This document shows, piece after piece, positions 58,291 through 64,000 of a stretch of DNA of 64,000 nt. This DNA comes from Octopus sinensis (Eukaryota): positions 140,182,001 through 140,246,000 of the forward strand of contig NC_042999.1 of assembly GCF_006345805.1 (NCBI RefSeq). Reading direction: 5' to 3'. Every line of letters begins with the position of its first letter. Within the stretch, counting starts at the first letter, position 1. The position numbers were made by a program, and so were the translations under genes. The notes beneath the pieces are model-generated. The model made no database searches. It had not been told where the DNA came from and saw only the letters and a program-made list of their open reading frames with translations.

Positions 58291-59226
58291 ATTTACTCAC
58301 AGTTGAAAGATGATGACCGTGGTGTTCTGGGACACCTGCCAGGCCAGACCACAGAACAAAATATTCCAGAGCCCTTTTTGCCATTTGCTCCAGTATCAAT
58401 ATCAACTTTCATTGTTTAGTTGTGGCTTTTTAAGCTTCCGCCAGTCATGTACATACAAGATGTTCATTTCTTTTTCCTCTCTAGCAATACCTGTGCTTGA
58501 CAATTTTTAAAGTGAGGTAAAGTTTTGCACAAAAACCATTCCACTCTATAAACTGCAAAGCATGATCCAAAAAGAAGAGCAAGTAGACATCATTGAGTGC
58601 ATTTGCAGTCGCAGGTTTTTACATCAGTGTCCTTCTCCCAGTCTTTGCCCAACCAAAGGCTAACTACAAGATAGCAGTAAAGTATTTAAATTCAGAGTTA
58701 CTTTCTCCTAGATACACTGCCTTTGAAATGGCTTGGGTAAACAGAGGAACTCTATCCACCCCTCATCTTTCATTAAAAAAGAGAAAAAGAGACTAAAATA
58801 AGAATTTTAAAAAATAAGATAAAATTGACTAAAATTAGGAATAAAATTGACATACAATATATACAATTTAAAACACAATATGCACACACACTAGCTGAAA
58901 TACAATATATACAATACATACACACACACACACACAGAATTCATAATGCAATATATACAATACACACACACAAACACTCCACACGAACATACACAAACAC
59001 ACATTGAATGTCCATTGACTATGCTGTAGTTCCTCCGCTCTTTGACAGGTCTTATTTTTTGTCCCATAGGGTGTCCAACAAGCATGCCTGGTGGGGTTGC
59101 CAGTTTAGTCACCGACAACCCAACCATGTAACAGGTTGTGCTGGACTACAAGATGCCAGCAGCATTCAAGAGTTACCTGACATATATACATATATGTACG
59201 TGTGTGTGTGTGTGTATACATATACA

Positions 59227-60418
59227 TATTTATTACACACACGTGAGTGAGAACACTGAGATATTTTTGGTATCTAACATATGTCAGATACTGCGCACGC
59301 TGCTTCTGATTGGTCAATCCATGGTGATGACCCGAGGTCACGGTGACGGCACTACTTTTGTCATTCATAAGTTACAACTAAATTTCATTCATTACTTTCA
59401 CGAGCATGTAGAATGTAGCCATGTAATTAACCCTTTTGTTACTAACCTGGCCAAAACCGGCTCTGGCTCTGTGGTAAAATATCTTGTTTTCATAAGTTAT
59501 TGAATTAAAATATTCCACCAAGCCTTAGTCACAATTTACGTTCCTAACACTAGCTTAGTAATAACTAAGTTACTTTACTAAATTCTTTGTTATATTTAAA
59601 ATAATTAAAAGAAACACAGAGCATCTCAAAATAAATACAGTAACGAAAGGGTTAAACAAACATACTATCTTTTTTATACCAGATATCACTTAAAGTCATA
59701 TACACATAAAATATAAACATTTATGGTGGTAATTCAATTTTTTGTTGCCAAAAAAATCACAACATATTTCGTCTGCTCGTCGATACTCTTGCAGTGCAGG
59801 TAGATCTATCAACAAGATGGCTACTGTTGTCGATATCAAGGTGAATGATTTTGTTAAGATTGATGGTAAAGATGGGGGAAGAGTGTTATCCGGTGTTCCT
59901 CACAGATAATGAGGACTGTTAAGTTTTACTGGACTGCATGGACTGTTGTGCTCTACTCTGACTGACATTGCTACTCGAAAACAGGTTTCAGTATTATTAA
60001 AGTTATTGAAGATTCAATCTGTGTTATGTATTTCTTGAATGTGAACTTGAATGTTAACAAAATGTTAAACAGTCATCAGTTATCAGTCATTTCACCTGAA
60101 AACTTAGCGCTATAAAGTCGGACTATCTTCCTGCGGCATGACATCTTTTACAGTTACACATTGTGACGTCACTGATGTGAAATCAAGCTGTATTCATGCG
60201 TGCTTCAACACGATGTGAAGAATTTAGTTATTGGGTTAATAAAATATGGTTGTTTATTCGTGTGTAATAAATAAAATACCAAACTCATTCCCTATGGATA
60301 CCGTATTTATTACAACTCGTGGCTTGTAAACGTATCTAACTCGCTTTCGCTCGTTAGATACGTTTACAAGCCACTCATTGTAATAAATACGGTATCCATA
60401 GGGAACTCGTTTGGTATT
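59227..60418. mobile_element. Candidate Crypton-like (tyrosine-recombinase class) non-autonomous element with a terminal 144-bp hairpin
   Basis: 66-bp arms at 60275-60340 and 60353-60418; loop tcgctttcgctc; shared end motifs at 59227-59240 and 59270-59291. The hairpin is certain; the class assignment is inference. Confidence 0.5.
59431..59651. mobile_element. piggyBac-type MITE, copy 2
   Basis: TTAA|CCCTTTTGTTACT...AGTAACGAAAGGG|TTAA. Confidence 0.92.
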
Positions 60419-60489
60419 CTCTATATACCAAATAACGTGAGTTCATGGCTGTTTCCTGCACCAGCTTCATATAGCAGCCCCAGCCCATC

Positions 60490-60730
60490 CAAAGTACCTT
60501 GGATTGCAGGACGGCCTGCTGTGCTTACTTTGGATCGTAGGACGACCTGCTGTGCTTGAGGAGACCTATTGAGTCAAGTACATCAACATCAAAATAAAAA
60601 TCAAATGGAAATTGTAGTTGTGATACCCGTGCTGGTGGCACGTAAAAAGCACCATCCGAACATGGCCGACACCAGCGCAACCTTGACTGGCTTCTGTGCC
60701 GGTGGCACGTAAGAAGCACCAACCGATTGT
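60490..60730 (+). mobile_element. Family B internal fragment
   Basis: Reverse complement of the 35400-35660 region (ggtggcacgtaaaaagcacc repeats). Confidence 0.7.
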
Positions 60731-63480
60731 GGCCATTTTAAAATGCGATGAAGACATTTTTGGTGTAATTGTTCAAACAATTTAAAATGCCTTTCATAAC
60801 AAGTCCAAGTTTCACAGAAATACAACAGGGATGGTAAGACAAATGATTTATAAAGAGCCAGCTTTGTACTCTTATTTATATGTTGCTGGCACCAAACACG
60901 TGACTCCAAGCTACCAAATGGTTTTGCTGCCCTTTGAATTCGCAGCTGTATTTCTGTATCAAGATTTCCTTCATTTCGAACAGAGCTTCCAAGGTAGATG
61001 AATGAATCGACAACCTCAAGTAACTTTCCCTTAAAAATTTTAGGGGAGTCAAAAACAGCACCACACGCAGGTCGATGCATTACAACTGTCTTTTTTTCAA
61101 GTTGATGGTCAAGCTAAAATCATCACAAGCAGAATAAAATGCAGATACAAGAGATTCCAGACCTGTTTCAGAATGACTGACAAGATCACAATCATCAGCA
61201 TACAAAAGTCCCTAATGAGTGAAGTAAAAACCTTCGTTTTTTAATTTCAGTCTGGTCAGATTAAAGACATTCCCTGTTGTTTGATATTTTATGTAAATAC
61301 CCTCTTCAGAGTTTTGAAAAGCATGTGACAACACACAGCAAAATATATTGCAAAGAGGGTGGGTGCATCAAGGTCTCCTTGCTTTACTCCATTTTCCACA
61401 GCAAAAGATTCAGAGAGCCTACTACCAAAATTAACTCTCGCTTTCATATCTTGATGCAAAGCCCTGATCATGTTCACAAATTTTTCTGGCAACCTATTTT
61501 CCTTAGAACTAGCCACAGAGCATTTCGATTAACAATATTGAATGCTTTACTCAAATCAACAAAGCAATGGTACAGAGCAAGATTCTGTTAAATACACTTG
61601 TTTTGTAATTGTCTGACAGTAAAGATACAATCAGCTGTGCCCCTAGAGGAACGAAAATCACACTGAGACTCAGACACTATATTTGTAACTATAAAGGTAT
61701 TTTCAAACATTCTAACAAAATGCGGGCAGGGCCTTTCCAACAACAGACAAAAGCAAAATCCCACGAAAATTACCACACAGATCCTTTGGCCCTGATTTAT
61801 ACAAGGAGACTAAAATGGCATCAATCCAGTTTTGAGGCACTTTCTCAGTTCTCCAACATTGACAAATATTTAAGAGTTCAAACATTTTGTCACCCTCATA
61901 TTTCAAGACTTCTGCACTGATTCCATCAGACCCTGGAGACTTATTGTTATTCAGCTTATTCACAGCTAAATAAATGTCATTTAGAGTTGGTTTAAATGCC
62001 ATCTCTTCCATAACTGGAAGGTGTTCAATTTTTTCTATTGTCCTCATGTCAACAGATGATGGTCTATTCAAAAGTGCAGAAAAATGTTCTACCCAACGTT
62101 TATGAATAGAAGCAGTGTCAGTCAGAAGAAAACATCCATTTGCTATTCTCAGTGGAGCTATTGAAGAAGATTTTGGGCCATATACCTCCTTAACATAAGA
62201 GTACAAACCCTTGGCATCATTTCTTGTGCTTCTTGTGCTCCTTTTGCTCTATCATTCCACCATTCCTGTTTAATTTTCCTTAGTGCAGTCTGCACTTTCC
62301 TTTTCAGCTTTCTGTAAGCTACGTTCGAGTTAGGGTTCAAGGACTGAGAAAGAAGTGTATTGCCTAAGTTTTGTTTTTCTAAAAGTAGATCATGAATTTC
62401 TGCTGATCTATCTGAGAACCAGTCACTCAAATTATGTGATTTAAATCCCACTGAAGAACTTGCAGCCTGAAATACTTTTGTTTTGAAATCTTCCCATAGA
62501 TTGTTTGGGTCAAGATCGATATTTTCTATAGCATCGTGGAATCTTTGCAAGTTGCTTGATAATTTAAAGTTTGCAATATTTAACTTTCTGGGTACCTTAG
62601 GACCAGACTGTCGATTTTTAGACATTATCAAAAAATCTATTTTTCCATGCACTAGATGATGGTCAATCCAGCTCTCTGCCCCTCTCATGGCCCGAATGAT
62701 AGAAACATCTTTCATATCACATTTTCTGATCAGAATATAATCCATGAGATGCCAGTGTTAGATCTTGGATGCATCCATTTGGTTTTATATTTATTTTTCT
62801 GCTTAAACAGAGTGTTGGTGATAACCAGATTATTCTCAATACAAAACATCAAAAGAGCTACTCCATTTTTACTGCATTTTCCAATCCCATGTCGACCTAA
62901 AACAGGCCATGAAACATAGTACTTTTCAACTCTTGAATTGAAATCTCCCACCATAACCAGCTTGTCAAAAATTGGTACTTTCGTCAATAATTGTGCTAGA
63001 TCATCATTAAACTGTCCTACAGTTTCATCAGAATGGGACATTGTTGGTGCATAAATACTGACAACGGTAAGAAACCTACTTTTTGTCAGCTTAATATGGC
63101 ATGACATGATCCGCTCAGATATACCACTTAGAAGCTCTGCAATGGAGGATACTAATATATTCTTGAGAGCAAACCCAACACCAGATTCTCTATGCTGACC
63201 TCTAGGTAGGCCTCTCCAAAAGATAGTATATTCATAAGTAAGTTCATTTACTTGACCCTCACCAGAGAGACAAGTTTCAGAGAGCGCAACAACATCAAGG
63301 GAATATTTCTTAAGTTCACATGCAATACGTGCAGTATGCCTTTCTGGCCTCTTGTTGAAATTATCATCAAGAAGTGTGCACACATTCAAACAACCAAAAT
63401 TCAAAGGATGTTTATTTTTACTTTTTCCTGAAGATTGTTTGACCACAGTGGCAGGATGATGACCAGGTCCAGCCTGTGAT
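60730..63480 (-). mobile_element. Second RTE-clade LINE, degenerate: endonuclease plus RT; 3' end missing
   Basis: [35 protein letters not shown] and LLYADD (about 61200) motifs with frameshifts. Confidence 0.93.
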
Positions 63481-63497
63481 ACAGTATACAATGATAG

Positions 63498-63535
<38 letters not shown>

Positions 63536-63682
63536 TATATATATACACACATATATATATATATATACACACACATATATATATATATACACACATATAT
63601 ATACACACATATATATACACATATATATATATATACACATATATATATATATATAAACACATATATATATATACACATATAT

Positions 63683-63727
<45 letters not shown>

Positions 63728-64000
63728 CACACATATATATATATATATATACACACATATATATATATACACACACATATATATATACACACATATATAT
63801 ATACACACATATATATATACACATATATATATATATACACACACATATATATACACACACATATATATACACACACATATATATACACACACACACACAC
63901 ATATATATACACACACACACACACATATATATACACACACACACACACACATATATACACACACACACACACACATATATACACACACACACACACACAT
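63498..64000. repeat. (TA)n/(CA)n compound microsatellite running off the window
   Basis: Visible directly in sequence. Confidence 0.98.

Noticed and set aside
62730-63998. 422-aa ORF looking like a repeat-endonuclease fusion protein
   Set aside because: A microsatellite happens to be in frame with the decayed RTE endonuclease; it is not a gene.

Overview
AT-rich, repeat-dense animal genomic DNA. The SINE, RTE and Tx1 repeat families and long (TA)n/(CA)n tracts point to a coleoid cephalopod, probably Octopus (inference, no database search run). The main gene is a minus-strand SUPT20H/SPT20 (SAGA scaffold subunit). I reconstructed 21 coding exons (46160 down to 16183), all GT-AG and phase-consistent, giving about 870 aa ending SKSKSKKRATPTPPKS*. 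Its N-terminal exon(s) were not found and probably lie beyond 64000. A probable terminal coding exon of an unidentified convergent plus-strand gene sits at 7188-7419. The remainder is intron or intergenic DNA filled with decayed CR1, Tx1/L1 and RTE LINEs, SINEs, and piggyBac, hAT, pogo and Helitron-type MITEs. The most unusual non-coding signals are four. (1) A type I hammerhead-ribozyme core with a palindromic helix III inside a 355-bp direct-repeat-bounded unit (Penelope pLTR/retrozyme-like, 54723-55134). (2) A 144-bp hairpin whose mismatches are all the same CTC motif, with a matching partner end about 1 kb away (Crypton/tyrosine-recombinase-like, 59227-60418). (3) Two short-range inverted duplications that look like template-switch products (23398-23840, 38779-39123). 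(4) A 137-bp inverted-repeat element (5113-5575). All coordinates and alignments were done by eye.
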